DNA of 64,000 nucleotides from Candidatus Woesearchaeota archaeon (GTDB lineage Archaea; Nanobdellota; Nanobdellia; SCGC-AAA011-G17; GW2011-AR18): NCBI GenBank assembly GCA_018302105.1, contig JAGWAD010000023.1, positions 10,405 to 74,404 of the forward strand, read 5' to 3'. Shown piece by piece: positions 9,444 to 19,118 of this stretch (position 1 is its first letter; each line of letters starts with the position of its first letter). The notes under the pieces were generated by a model. It saw only the letters and a program-made list of their open reading frames with translations, ran no database searches and was not told where the DNA came from. The position numbers and the translations under genes were made by a program.

Positions 9444-9929
9444 ATGCAAGACATAAAAGAAGAATATCAAAGATTAATAAAATCAAAGAAATTTAAAAAT
9501 GAGGGAATTCTTTCAGGTGCATTCTTGATGTCAGAAAACCCAGAACTTGATGATACAATATGGCAATTAGACTTTTACAATGGGAAAACAGACAAAATGA
9601 CAAGTTATAAGATGAATTCTGAAATAGTGTTAGAAGAAAATTCAGAAGTATTTAAAAAAGAAAAAAGTGAAGTAGAAGAATTAAAATTAGAAGAAATAAA
9701 AATAAGTTTAAATAAAGCTTTAGATACAGGTAAAATTTTACTTGGAGATAATTTTAAATGGATAAGAATAATTATCATATTACAGCAAATAAAGCAACCA
9801 ATTTGGAATTTAAGTTATATGACACAAAAATTCGATTTAAGGAATATCAAAATTAATGCTGTAAATGGAGGAGTATTAGATAATCAGGAAGTAAAATTAT
9901 TTAGTTTTGAAAAAGGAAATTTAAAGTAA
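9444..9929 (+). CDS. Hypothetical protein, tightly coupled to thrS
   Basis: 161-aa ORF starting 2 nt after the thrS stop. No recognisable family. Confidence 0.45.
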   Translation: MQDIKEEYQRLIKSKKFKNEGILSGAFLMSENPELDDTIWQLDFYNGKTDKMTSYKMNSEIVLEENSEVFKKEKSEVEELKLEEIKISLNKALDTGKILLGDNFKWIRIIIILQQIKQPIWNLSYMTQKFDLRNIKINAVNGGVLDNQEVKLFSFEKGNLK

Positions 9930-9989
9930 CTTAAAAACAAAAATAAATTTCACCAAAATAATTATTAAGGGGATATTTTACATAAAAAC

Positions 9990-11552
9990 ATGGTAAAAAA
10001 AGCAGTAATTATAGGCGCAGGACCAGCAGGTTTAACAGCAGCATATGAATTATTAGATAAAACAAATATAAAACCAATTATAATAGAAAAAAGTGATTAT
10101 ATAGGTGGTATTTCACGAACAGCAAATTATAAAGGAAACAGAATTGATATTGGAGGACACAGATTTTTTTCCAAATCTGATAAAGTTATGCAATGGTGGT
10201 TGAATATACTGCCATTAGAAAAATCTTCTGGTGAAATGCAAAATATAAGTTATCAGGGACAAAACAATAAAATTAAAAATGAAAATGAAGGAAGAGATCC
10301 TAAAAAAACAGATAAGGTTATGTTAATAAGAAGAAGAAAATCTAGAATATATTTTTTAAGAAAGTTTTTTGATTATCCAATAACTTTAAGCAAAAATACT
10401 TTAATAAATTTAGGATTAATTAGGTCAATTTTATGTGGTATAAGTTATACAAAAAGCATGATAAAACCAATTAAACCAGAGAAAAATTTAGAAGAATTTT
10501 TTATAAATAGATTCGGAAAGAGATTGTACAAAACCTTCTTTAAATCCTATACAGAAAAAGTATGGGGTGTAAAATGCAATGATATAAATGCAGAGTGGGG
10601 AGCACAAAGAATAAAAGGATTGTCTATTTCAAAAGCAATAAAGCATTTTCTATTTAATAGAAATAAAAAAGATATAAACCAAAAAAATGTAGAAACTTCC
10701 TTAATAGAACAATTCTTATACCCAAAATTCGGTCCTGGCCAAATGTGGGAAGAAGTTGCAAAAATAATTATAAAAAAAGGCGGAATAATAATAAATGAAT
10801 CAGAAGTAAATAGTATTACTATAAAAGATAATAAAATAAGCAAGATTGAAGCAATCAACAAAAAAACAAATAAGAAAGAAATCATAGAAGGAGATTATTT
10901 CTTTTCAACAATGCCAGTAAAAGATTTAATTTCTTCAATTAATACAGATGTTCCGGAAAATATAAAAAATATAAGCAATGGACTAATGTACAGAGATTTT
11001 ATTACAGTTGGCATGCTTCTGAAAAAATTAAAAATTAAAGATGAAAAAGATAAGACAAAATTAATTAAAGATAATTGGATTTATATCCAGGAACCTGAAG
11101 TATTATTGGGCAGATTACAAGTATTCAATAACTGGAGCCCATACTTAGTTTCTGATCATGAAAAAGTTTGGATAGGCTTAGAATATTTCTGTTACACCAC
11201 AGATGAATTATGGAAAAAAAGCGAAAAAGAAATGATTGAATTTGCAAAACAAGAATTAATTAAAATAGGAATAATTGAAAAATCTGATTTTATAGATGCA
11301 ACAGTTATTAAAATGGAAAAGACATATCCTGCATATTTTGGGACTTATGATCAGTTTGATAAAATAAGAGAATATTTAGATAAATTTGAAAATTTGTTTT
11401 TAATAGGAAGAAATGGAATGCACAAATACAATAATCAAGATCATTCTATGTTAACAGCAATGACTGCAGTGGAAAATATTATAAAAAACAAAAAATCAAA
11501 GGAAAACATTTGGGGTGTAAATACAGAACAGGAATATCATGAAAGAAAATAA
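9990..11552 (+). CDS. FAD-dependent oxidoreductase (amine-oxidase / phytoene-desaturase-like fold)
   Basis: N-terminal dinucleotide fold [16 protein letters not shown] and the GG motif IGGISRT...IDIGGHRFF typical of the amino-oxidase/desaturase superfamily. 520 aa. Confidence 0.7.
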   Translation: MVKKAVIIGAGPAGLTAAYELLDKTNIKPIIIEKSDYIGGISRTANYKGNRIDIGGHRFFSKSDKVMQWWLNILPLEKSSGEMQNISYQGQNNKIKNENEGRDPKKTDKVMLIRRRKSRIYFLRKFFDYPITLSKNTLINLGLIRSILCGISYTKSMIKPIKPEKNLEEFFINRFGKRLYKTFFKSYTEKVWGVKCNDINAEWGAQRIKGLSISKAIKHFLFNRNKKDINQKNVETSLIEQFLYPKFGPGQMWEEVAKIIIKKGGIIINESEVNSITIKDNKISKIEAINKKTNKKEIIEGDYFFSTMPVKDLISSINTDVPENIKNISNGLMYRDFITVGMLLKKLKIKDEKDKTKLIKDNWIYIQEPEVLLGRLQVFNNWSPYLVSDHEKVWIGLEYFCYTTDELWKKSEKEMIEFAKQELIKIGIIEKSDFIDATVIKMEKTYPAYFGTYDQFDKIREYLDKFENLFLIGRNGMHKYNNQDHSMLTAMTAVENIIKNKKSKENIWGVNTEQEYHERK

Positions 11553-11553
11553 G

Positions 11554-12918
11554 TTATTTTTTATTGCCCAGGATTTTATATGCCAAAAGTCTTTTGAATA
11601 AAAAAGGCAATTGTTGTGGTCTTATAAATCTGACAATTGAAAAAAATTGTTTAGGTCTTAAATAAAATTGTTTAAAAGCTCTTGGAACAGCATTTTTTAA
11701 TGCTTCAAGGCTTACTGTTGGCGGAACCCATGTTACTTCATGATAACTCTTAACACCCCAGTCTTTTTTAGCTTCATAATCCATAGTATCCCATAATTCA
11801 GTTCCAGGCATTACATCAAGCAAAAGAAATTGAGCCCTTGTTAATGGAATTTTCTTGGCAAATTGTATAGTATTTTCTATAGTCTGTTCTGTTTCTCCAG
11901 GCAAGCCAAAAATAAAGAATCCTTGTGTCATTATTCCTGCTTTATTTGCAATCCTTACTCCTTGTTCTATTTTTTCAAGAGTTGTATCTTTTTTGACATT
12001 GTTTAGGATTTCTTGATTGCCGGATTCTATGCCAAATGCCACATAATAGCATCCTGCTTTTTTCATTAATGCTGCCAATTCATCATCAAGTTTATCTGCC
12101 CTTATGCCATTAGGACACGCCCAGTTAACTTTTATGTTTTGTTCAATTAAAAGTTCGCATATTTTTTTTGCATGATCTCTTTTTAATGTAAGGTTATCAT
12201 CTTCAAAATGAATTTCTTTTATTCCAAATTTTTCCTTAAGTAATTTAATTTCAGCAACAACATTCTCTGGACTTCTAAATCTTATTTTCCTCTGTGATAA
12301 TTTAGGTGAAGCACAAAAAGTGCATCTATATGGACATCCACGCGTAGAAACTATTGGAGCATAAGGATAATTCTTAATAAATCCTCCATGAGGTGCTTTT
12401 TTATACTTTGTTGGATCAATTTGTTCCCAATCAGGAAATGGAAATTCATCAAGATTATCAGTAAATGGCCTTTCAGCTGGATTTAAATTTGTCCTTGTTA
12501 TTAAACCAGGGATTGTATCACATGAAATATTTTTATCTAATGCATCTGCAAGATCAGCCATAGTAGTTTCAGCTTCGCCCATAACTAAAAAATCAGCATT
12601 AGTCTTATCCATAGTATATTTGGGCATGAATGTTGGCTGTGTACCACCCAAAACTACTCTCATTTCATTGTTATGCAATTTATTAATAAGATCAATAGCA
12701 TCTAAAAAAAAGGCACTTAAAACATATACGCCAACAAGCTTAGCACCAAAATTTTTGCATTCTTGTAGTATCTGATCATTATTCAGACCAAGATTAAGCC
12801 CGTCTATAATTTTTGTTTCATGCCCTCTTGATTTCAAATAAGAAGAAACATATCCCATTCCAAGTGGCGGTGCAACTATATGTGAATCATAATTAGGTCT
12901 TACAATACAAATTTTCAT
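11554..12918 (-). CDS. B12-binding-domain radical SAM enzyme (class B rSAM, candidate C-methyltransferase)
   Basis: The N-terminal ~130 aa resemble a cobalamin-binding Rossmann domain. Radical-SAM cluster STRGCPYRCTFCAS (CxxxCxxC). 454 aa. Confidence 0.8.
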   Translation of the reverse strand: MKICIVRPNYDSHIVAPPLGMGYVSSYLKSRGHETKIIDGLNLGLNNDQILQECKNFGAKLVGVYVLSAFFLDAIDLINKLHNNEMRVVLGGTQPTFMPKYTMDKTNADFLVMGEAETTMADLADALDKNISCDTIPGLITRTNLNPAERPFTDNLDEFPFPDWEQIDPTKYKKAPHGGFIKNYPYAPIVSTRGCPYRCTFCASPKLSQRKIRFRSPENVVAEIKLLKEKFGIKEIHFEDDNLTLKRDHAKKICELLIEQNIKVNWACPNGIRADKLDDELAALMKKAGCYYVAFGIESGNQEILNNVKKDTTLEKIEQGVRIANKAGIMTQGFFIFGLPGETEQTIENTIQFAKKIPLTRAQFLLLDVMPGTELWDTMDYEAKKDWGVKSYHEVTWVPPTVSLEALKNAVPRAFKQFYLRPKQFFSIVRFIRPQQLPFLFKRLLAYKILGNKK

Positions 12919-12965
12919 AAAACTTTACGAAGCCATGAATTATTTAAAGCTTTTTAATTAAAAAT

Positions 12966-14048
12966 TTATTTACTAACAAAAAGAAATTCAGTTAAGCAAT
13001 CATACATTTGTGCAGTATAATATAAAGAAACTTTATTTCTAAAATAAATCATTTTTAGTCTGCCAGCAATACCTTTTAACCTAAATAATCTTATCCATAA
13101 TGAATAATTTGTATTCCCATCCACTCCAAAATTAAAAATCTCTTTAAGAATTCTCTTTATTAAAAAATAAATCCTGATTTTTTCATGCCTAAGTATTAAT
13201 CCATTACTATCAACATCAGATTTTTTTAATAAAGTATTATTATTAGTGTATCTTAAGCAGTAATAAGCATAAGCATAACCTCCATTTAATCCTAAAGAAA
13301 ATTGTAAATGTCCAAATGACCAGTCAAATTTACCATGAACTATATTTTTTTTCATGCAGTTAATAGCCTTTTCAACTGAAAGTTTAAGATACCTGTTTTC
13401 AAATTTTGGATCAGACAACATCAAAAAATATAAAGTAATTGCATGATAATGTGGATCTCTTACATTTAAATGATATTCATAAGGGTTATTTAACATTCTT
13501 GAAGCATAAGGATAAAATCCATCTTTAAATTGGTATCTTATAATATTGAATATTGCCCTATCCCTAATTATTATATTCTTTTTATCTTTCGTAACTTCAT
13601 ACAATTTATAAAAAAATGCAGCACAACATGCATTAACATTTAATACATCCCCGTAATGCCTGTAAGATTTTATAAAATATCCAGGGCTAAATTCTCTGCT
13701 AATTAAATATTCAGAACATTTTAAAGCAGATTGAAGATAATGTTTGTTTTTAGTCTTTTCATAAGCAATTAACATCAGTCTCCCTATAATTGACGTAGCT
13801 ACACAACTTTCTTCATTAAAACCATCATGCAGAACTTCATTCCAGCTCCCATTATTTGCCTGGATTTCAGCCAGCCAGTTAAATCCCATTTCAGCTTCTG
13901 CTTTTTTTCCTATGTACAATAAAGACTTGCAGATCTCAGCAGTGCCTCTTGGATCTATATGGTGAGTAACTGGATCAACAAAATATCCCTTCTTATCCTG
14001 CAAAGAACAAATAATATTTAGATTTTTAATTAAAGTAATTTTATCCAT
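12966..14048 (-). CDS. Alpha/alpha-toroid protein (prenyltransferase / squalene-cyclase-repeat-like)
   Basis: QW-like repeats (EIQANNGSWNE, RYQFKDGFYPY) characteristic of terpenoid cyclase or protein-prenyltransferase beta barrels. At 360 aa it is one barrel only. Assignment tentative. Confidence 0.35.
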   Translation of the reverse strand: MDKITLIKNLNIICSLQDKKGYFVDPVTHHIDPRGTAEICKSLLYIGKKAEAEMGFNWLAEIQANNGSWNEVLHDGFNEESCVATSIIGRLMLIAYEKTKNKHYLQSALKCSEYLISREFSPGYFIKSYRHYGDVLNVNACCAAFFYKLYEVTKDKKNIIIRDRAIFNIIRYQFKDGFYPYASRMLNNPYEYHLNVRDPHYHAITLYFLMLSDPKFENRYLKLSVEKAINCMKKNIVHGKFDWSFGHLQFSLGLNGGYAYAYYCLRYTNNNTLLKKSDVDSNGLILRHEKIRIYFLIKRILKEIFNFGVDGNTNYSLWIRLFRLKGIAGRLKMIYFRNKVSLYYTAQMYDCLTEFLFVSK

Positions 14049-14049
14049 T

Positions 14050-16140
14050 TTATTTCCTGATTTGTTTTATAATTTCAAAAGCAGTTTTAGTAGCCAATAT
14101 TGAACTGCTTAATTCAAAACTAATATCCTTATTGCCTTTTAATGCTTCAGATAAAGTATTTAATTCTTCTTTCCAGCCTTTATCTTGCACTTTTAAATTA
14201 AATTCTTTTTTAGAATTTTTATCCAATAAAGTTAATTTCTCAAAATCTTCGATTATTGCACTTGTTTCATTTTTATGTATTGAAATAGTCTCTTTAGGAA
14301 GTTGTGTAGAAGCAATTGTCAGATAAGTTAAATTAGCAATTGAACCATCTTCAAATAAAATATTTACAGTTATATTATTATTTATCGAATGTACTCCAAG
14401 ATTACCTAAAGATTGGGAATTAATTTTTACAATATTGGAATCTATAAAAAAATTAAATAAATCTAAAAAATGAGTCATCTCTTCTATTATCTTGCCGCCA
14501 GAAAGATTATTTCTATCCTGCACAGGTGAAATAATTACTGTATAATTAATATAAGTTGGTCCATCATTTATTTTCAGCCATTGTTTGACTTTTTCAGAAA
14601 AGGGCGCAAATCTTCTGTTATGCCCAACCATTAAAAAGGATTTATTTTTTAAAATATAAGATTCAATTTCCTTAAGTTCATTTTCAGTAGTGCATAAAGG
14701 TTTTTCAACAAATACTTTTTTCCCAGCTTTCAAAGCATCTAAAACCATTTTTCCATGCATCTGTGGTGGTGTAGATATAAAAACTAAATCAATTTCTTTA
14801 TCTTTTAAAACAATAGAATAATCTGTACTGATTGTCTGTGCATCTAACAGTTTAGCAGCATTATGCGCACTAATTCCAGTAGAGGCAACAACTGTTTTTA
14901 TATTGAAAAATTTATCATTATATAAATTAGGAAAATGTTTTTCAGTAGCAAAATTGCCAGGTCCTGTCACAGCAACATTAATTGAATTTTTTTCTGGTTT
15001 TTTATTTGATAATTGGATTACCCTATTTTTTTCTTTTGGTTCTCCATATTTTAAAACTACCCCAAGACAATCCTTATTTTCAAGTGATTGGTAAGCTAAA
15101 GCAGCTTCGTCTATATTAAAAATTTTAGATATTAAAGGTTTAACATTTAATTCATGATTTTTTAATAAATCTAAAAATAATTCAATATTCCTGTTTTCTG
15201 TAAATCTGACATATTCAATAGGATAATCTATGTTATCAATTTCATATTTAGGATCATACCTTCCAGGACCATAACTTCGGGACATAAGAAGCTTTATTTC
15301 TTTAGAATAAAAAATACCCCAGTCTAAATTAAGGTTAACAAATCCAACAACAATAACCTTTCCGCGGTTTCTGCAGATTTTGCTAGCCAATTGTAAAACA
15401 GCACTGTCATTTGAAGAAGCACATACAAAAATTAAGTCTGCACCAATTTTATTTGTAAAATAATCAGTTTTATCTTCAGCTTCAGAAACAGTATACGCTT
15501 TTAATCCCATATTATTAACAATATCTACTCTCGAAGGATCTATATCAATTCCTAATGTATCAACACCAAAACACTTCAATAATTTCATAGTTAAAATACC
15601 TATTAATCCTAAACCTATTACTACTGCTTTCTCTCCTAAAATTGGTTCTGATTGATGTATAGAATGTAAAGAAACTGCACCAACTACAGAAAAAACAGCT
15701 TCTGTTAAATCAATTTTATCAGGAACCTTAACAACTAAATTACGCGGAACAGAAACAAATTCAGCATGATTTGCAAATCCAGTGCCGCCACAGCAGACAA
15801 TTTCACCAACGGAAATATCATTAACATTATTTCCAGCCTGTATGACTTTTCCAACAACACTATAACCTAAAGGAACAAGTTTATTCATTTTATTATCTAT
15901 ATAATTAAGAGTATAAGACAAACCATCTTTAATAATTTGTTCTGTTATTTTATTAACAAGAGTTTTTTTCTTCAAAAAGGCCTGTTTAAAATCAAAATTA
16001 CTTCCCTTAACAGCTCTCATTTCTGTACCTGAACTAATTAAAGAATAAGATACTTCTACTAAAACACTATTGGCATTGCAATAAGGTATAGGCAAATCCT
16101 TTATTACAATCTTTCCTTTCTGGGCAAAAACAGATTTCAT
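14050..16140 (-). CDS. Bi-domain oxidoreductase: Zn-dependent alcohol-dehydrogenase (MDR) domain fused to a Gfo/Idh/MocA NAD(P)-dependent oxidoreductase
   Basis: N-terminal half has the MDR pattern (SGTEMRAV, GxGxxG Rossmann GLGLIGIL). C-terminal half has the Gfo/Idh/MocA N-terminal Rossmann and the EKP motif (FVEKPLCTT). Confidence 0.7.
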   Translation of the reverse strand: MKSVFAQKGKIVIKDLPIPYCNANSVLVEVSYSLISSGTEMRAVKGSNFDFKQAFLKKKTLVNKITEQIIKDGLSYTLNYIDNKMNKLVPLGYSVVGKVIQAGNNVNDISVGEIVCCGGTGFANHAEFVSVPRNLVVKVPDKIDLTEAVFSVVGAVSLHSIHQSEPILGEKAVVIGLGLIGILTMKLLKCFGVDTLGIDIDPSRVDIVNNMGLKAYTVSEAEDKTDYFTNKIGADLIFVCASSNDSAVLQLASKICRNRGKVIVVGFVNLNLDWGIFYSKEIKLLMSRSYGPGRYDPKYEIDNIDYPIEYVRFTENRNIELFLDLLKNHELNVKPLISKIFNIDEAALAYQSLENKDCLGVVLKYGEPKEKNRVIQLSNKKPEKNSINVAVTGPGNFATEKHFPNLYNDKFFNIKTVVASTGISAHNAAKLLDAQTISTDYSIVLKDKEIDLVFISTPPQMHGKMVLDALKAGKKVFVEKPLCTTENELKEIESYILKNKSFLMVGHNRRFAPFSEKVKQWLKINDGPTYINYTVIISPVQDRNNLSGGKIIEEMTHFLDLFNFFIDSNIVKINSQSLGNLGVHSINNNITVNILFEDGSIANLTYLTIASTQLPKETISIHKNETSAIIEDFEKLTLLDKNSKKEFNLKVQDKGWKEELNTLSEALKGNKDISFELSSSILATKTAFEIIKQIRK

Positions 16141-16250
16141 TAAACAATCAAAAGATTATAACCATTTTTAAGATTATCGAATTTAAAATTCACTATATTT
16201 AATTATAAAAAGATTTAAAAATTAACATAGAATACAAAATAAGGAATAAA

Positions 16251-17501
16251 ATGAAAAATTTTAATTATGATGTCGCAATTATTGGAGCATGTGGACACGT
16301 TGGTTTGCCATTAAGTTTAGTTTTAGCAAACGAAGGACTTAAAGTTCTAGGTTTAGATATAAATGAAGAAAGCATAAATAAAATTAAGAAAAAAATCATG
16401 CCTTTCCTTGAAGAAGGCTCGCAGGAATTGTTAAATAAAGTAATAGATAATACATTTTTTCTTTCTTTAGATCATAATAAAATATCAGAGTGTGAAAATA
16501 TAATAATAATAATCGGAACCCCGATAGATAGTGATTTTACTGTAGATTTATCAAAACTTATAAATTTAATAAAAAATTTAATGCCAAATCTTAAAGAAAA
16601 CCAATTAATTATTTTAAGAAGCACTTTAGCTCCTAAAACTACTGATTATATAAAAAATTTTATTGAAAATAACAGCAATTTTAAAATAGGAAAAAATTTG
16701 TTCCTTGCTACAGTCCCGGAAAGATTAACTCAGAATAATTCTATTAAAGAATTAAAAGAATTGTCTAATGTAATTGGAGTATATGATGATATAAGTTTTG
16801 AGAAAGTTAAAAATTTATTTACAAAACTTCATCCAGGAGTAACAAGAGTAACACCATTGGAAGCAGAATTAACTAAACTATTTAATAATAGTTATAGAGC
16901 TGCAAATTTTGCCTTAGCCAATGAATATTTTATAATTGCTGAAACTTTAGGAGCAAATTTTTATAAAATCAGGGAAGCAATGAATAATGGATATTCTAGA
17001 TCTAATGTTCCTAAACCTGGATTTACAAAAGGACCATGCCTTGGTAAAGATTCCTGGATATTATTAAACGCTATGCCACATTTCAATTTATCCACTACAA
17101 TGATTAGTGCTGCCTATAAAATTAATGAAGGTCTGCCTTTGTTTTTAGTTCAGAAATTAAAAGAAAAAGTAAATATCACAAACAAAAATATTGCAATATT
17201 AGGATTAACTTTTAAGAAAGATAGTGATGATTTAAGAGATAGTTTAAGCTTAAAATTAGTTAATCTTTTTAAAAATGAATTTGTGACTATAATTACACAC
17301 GACCCATTTGTTGACAATAAAAATATTAATAGTGTTCTATCAGATGCAGATATAGTTATTTTGGCTACAAATCATACATATTACGAAAACCTGGATTTTA
17401 AGAATTTAGTTAAGGAAAATTGTTTATTCGTAGATTTATGGGATGTTCTAAAGACAAGTTTATTTATATTTAATAAAGATAAATTACTAGAGAAAAAATA
17501 A
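16251..17501 (+). CDS. Nucleotide-sugar dehydrogenase (UDP-glucose/GDP-mannose 6-dehydrogenase family; WecC/WbpA-like)
   Basis: N-terminal GxGxxG (VAIIGACGHVGLPLSL), catalytic-Cys region GPCLGKD, three-domain length of 416 aa. Confidence 0.8.
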   Translation: MKNFNYDVAIIGACGHVGLPLSLVLANEGLKVLGLDINEESINKIKKKIMPFLEEGSQELLNKVIDNTFFLSLDHNKISECENIIIIIGTPIDSDFTVDLSKLINLIKNLMPNLKENQLIILRSTLAPKTTDYIKNFIENNSNFKIGKNLFLATVPERLTQNNSIKELKELSNVIGVYDDISFEKVKNLFTKLHPGVTRVTPLEAELTKLFNNSYRAANFALANEYFIIAETLGANFYKIREAMNNGYSRSNVPKPGFTKGPCLGKDSWILLNAMPHFNLSTTMISAAYKINEGLPLFLVQKLKEKVNITNKNIAILGLTFKKDSDDLRDSLSLKLVNLFKNEFVTIITHDPFVDNKNINSVLSDADIVILATNHTYYENLDFKNLVKENCLFVDLWDVLKTSLFIFNKDKLLEKK

Positions 17502-17502
17502 T

Positions 17503-17838
17503 ATGATAATTGGAGTTGGAGTTGATATTGAAAATATAAGTGAATTTAAGAAAAACATTAAAAATACTAAATTCATTAAAGAGATATTTACAAAAAAAGA
17601 AATAAAATATTGCATAAAGAAAAAAGAGCCTTGGATAAGTTTTGCAGGAAAATTTTGTGCCAAAGAAGCTGTGATTAAAGCATTTGGAAAGAAAATTGCA
17701 ATTAAAGAGATTGAAATATTAAATGATTTGAATAATAAGCCATTAATTTATATAAAAAGAAAGAAATTCGATAATATTAATTGTTCAATTGCTCATACAA
17801 ATAAAACAGCAATAGCATTTGTTGTATTAGAAAAATAA
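17503..17838 (+). CDS. acpS: Holo-[acyl-carrier-protein] synthase (4'-phosphopantetheinyl transferase, AcpS type)
   Basis: MIIGVGVDIENI (GxDxxE), FAGKFCAKEAVIKAFG (FAAKEA block), CSIAHT (SISH-like), 111 aa. Starts 2 nt after the dehydrogenase stop. Confidence 0.75.
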   Translation: MIIGVGVDIENISEFKKNIKNTKFIKEIFTKKEIKYCIKKKEPWISFAGKFCAKEAVIKAFGKKIAIKEIEILNDLNNKPLIYIKRKKFDNINCSIAHTNKTAIAFVVLEK

Positions 17839-17885
17839 TTGACTTCTGATAGATTCAGAATATCAAAAAAATGAGTTTTATAACC

Positions 17886-18191
17886 TCAGAAAAATTCTGC
17901 GAGACGTACCCCAAACCAATCATTCGCAAAAGCAGGAGACCCGTCCAAATCCAAGCTCAACCCAGAGCCCCAGCCACGAACGGCAGCTTTTCTTTCTAAA
18001 TTTAAATCATTATATAAACCAAATTCTCCACTTCTTTTAGTAACTTTAGGATAACCAAGTAAATTAAGATCAGAACTATCAAAATGACCAGTTTGCGGAA
18101 GTGTTTCTAAATTTCTATAAGATTCTCCTATTTTTAATTTGTTTCCATCTAAAACTTCATCTTCCATTAATTCTGCATATTTTTCAACCAT
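17886..18191 (-). CDS. Hypothetical protein with compositionally anomalous GC-rich 3' third
   Basis: 101-aa ORF. The 5' two-thirds use genome-typical AT-rich codons. The last ~35 codons (17886-18000) use GGC/GGG/TGG-rich codons encoding RGWGSGLSLDLDGSPAFANDWFGVRLAEFF. Confidence 0.3.
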   Translation of the reverse strand: MVEKYAELMEDEVLDGNKLKIGESYRNLETLPQTGHFDSSDLNLLGYPKVTKRSGEFGLYNDLNLERKAAVRGWGSGLSLDLDGSPAFANDWFGVRLAEFF

Positions 18192-18253
18192 TTCATATAA
18201 AGTTTTTTTTGCTTGTGAATTTGATTCTTTTTTTAATGAAGGAATAATTAGTT

Positions 18254-18421
18254 GAATAATTTAGCTGCAACAAATAAATTAGGTGTTTTATCTAAATCAA
18301 CATAACCTGCTTCTTTTAGAAATTCAATATATTCTGGAGATAAAGCATTTCTTATTTCTTCTTCCCCAAATTCATATCCAACACTAAACTGATCTTTCTC
18401 TATTATTTTCTTCATAAATTT
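18254..18421 (-). CDS. Small hypothetical protein (55 aa)
   Basis: Manual translation MKKIIEKDQFSVGYEFGEEEIRNALSPEYIEFLKEAGYVDLDKTPNLFVAAKLFN. Below the ORF-track length cut-off. Acidic and helical-looking. Confidence 0.25.
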
Positions 18422-18538
18422 GACAAATTCTATAAATTTATAAGGTTTATTATTTTTATCACTTTATAGTTACTTACAATCAAATTTTTCACCTCAACAG
18501 TAAAGCTTAAATTGTATTCTTATGCTTGAAATAATAAA

Positions 18539-19117
18539 ATGAATATTTCAAATATTATCTCAAAGATACATACACTAATTCTAATACCAATTGCAATTAT
18601 AATTACAGTATTATTCAAAATCTTACACATAATACATTTTTTTAAATTTATAACAATTGGATTAATTATTTCACTAATACCTGGAAAACTTGGTATGTTA
18701 ATAAGAAGATATTGGTATAAATTTTCATTAGAAAAATGTGGTAAGAATTTATTTGTAGATTTTGGTGGTACAATTAATTATAAAGAAAGCGAAATTGGAG
18801 ATAATGTTTTTATAGGATTATATAGCGAAATAGGATTAGCAAAAATAGGAAATGATGTTTTAATTTCAAGCCATGTACTAATTGGTGGCTCAAAAAATGC
18901 TCATGGAATTAAGAAAGATAAATTAATGAGACTTCAAGAAGGTAAAAATACAAAAATTGTAATAGGAAATGATGTATGGTTTGGAATGAATGCTATAGCT
19001 TTTGAAGATGTAAATAATGGAACAATAGTTGGAGCAAATAGTTTAGTAAATAAAAAATTTCAAGAATACTCAATTATCGCCGGAATATCAGCAAGGGTAA
19101 TAGGAAAAAGAAGATAA
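18539..19117 (+). CDS. Membrane-anchored hexapeptide-repeat (left-handed beta-helix) acetyltransferase
   Basis: Two N-terminal TM helices followed by hexapeptide repeats (IGDNVFIG, IGNDVLISSHVLIGG, VIGNDVWFGMNAIAF, TIVGANSLV). Confidence 0.7.
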   Translation: MNISNIISKIHTLILIPIAIIITVLFKILHIIHFFKFITIGLIISLIPGKLGMLIRRYWYKFSLEKCGKNLFVDFGGTINYKESEIGDNVFIGLYSEIGLAKIGNDVLISSHVLIGGSKNAHGIKKDKLMRLQEGKNTKIVIGNDVWFGMNAIAFEDVNNGTIVGANSLVNKKFQEYSIIAGISARVIGKRR

Positions 19118-19118
19118 T

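Noticed and set aside
10547..10885. ORF 10547..10885 (-), antisense to the FAD oxidoreductase
   Set aside because: Nested antisense frame with low-complexity hydrophobic composition.
14132..15094. ORFs 14132..14326 (+) and 14903..15094 (+) inside the ADH/Gfo fusion gene
   Set aside because: Short antisense frames inside a homology-supported 696-aa gene.
17886..18000. Possible tRNA or other small structured RNA in the GC-rich patch
   Set aside because: No convincing T-arm (GTTCRANYC with a complementary stem), anticodon arm or acceptor pairing could be drawn on either strand. It is kept as a compositional anomaly in the findings instead.
17886..18191. 101-aa ORF as a possible acyl or peptidyl carrier protein for the adjacent AcpS
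   Set aside because: The GHFDSSDL segment only superficially resembles the GxDSL pantetheine-attachment motif, and the surrounding sequence lacks the amphipathic four-helix pattern of ACP or PCP.
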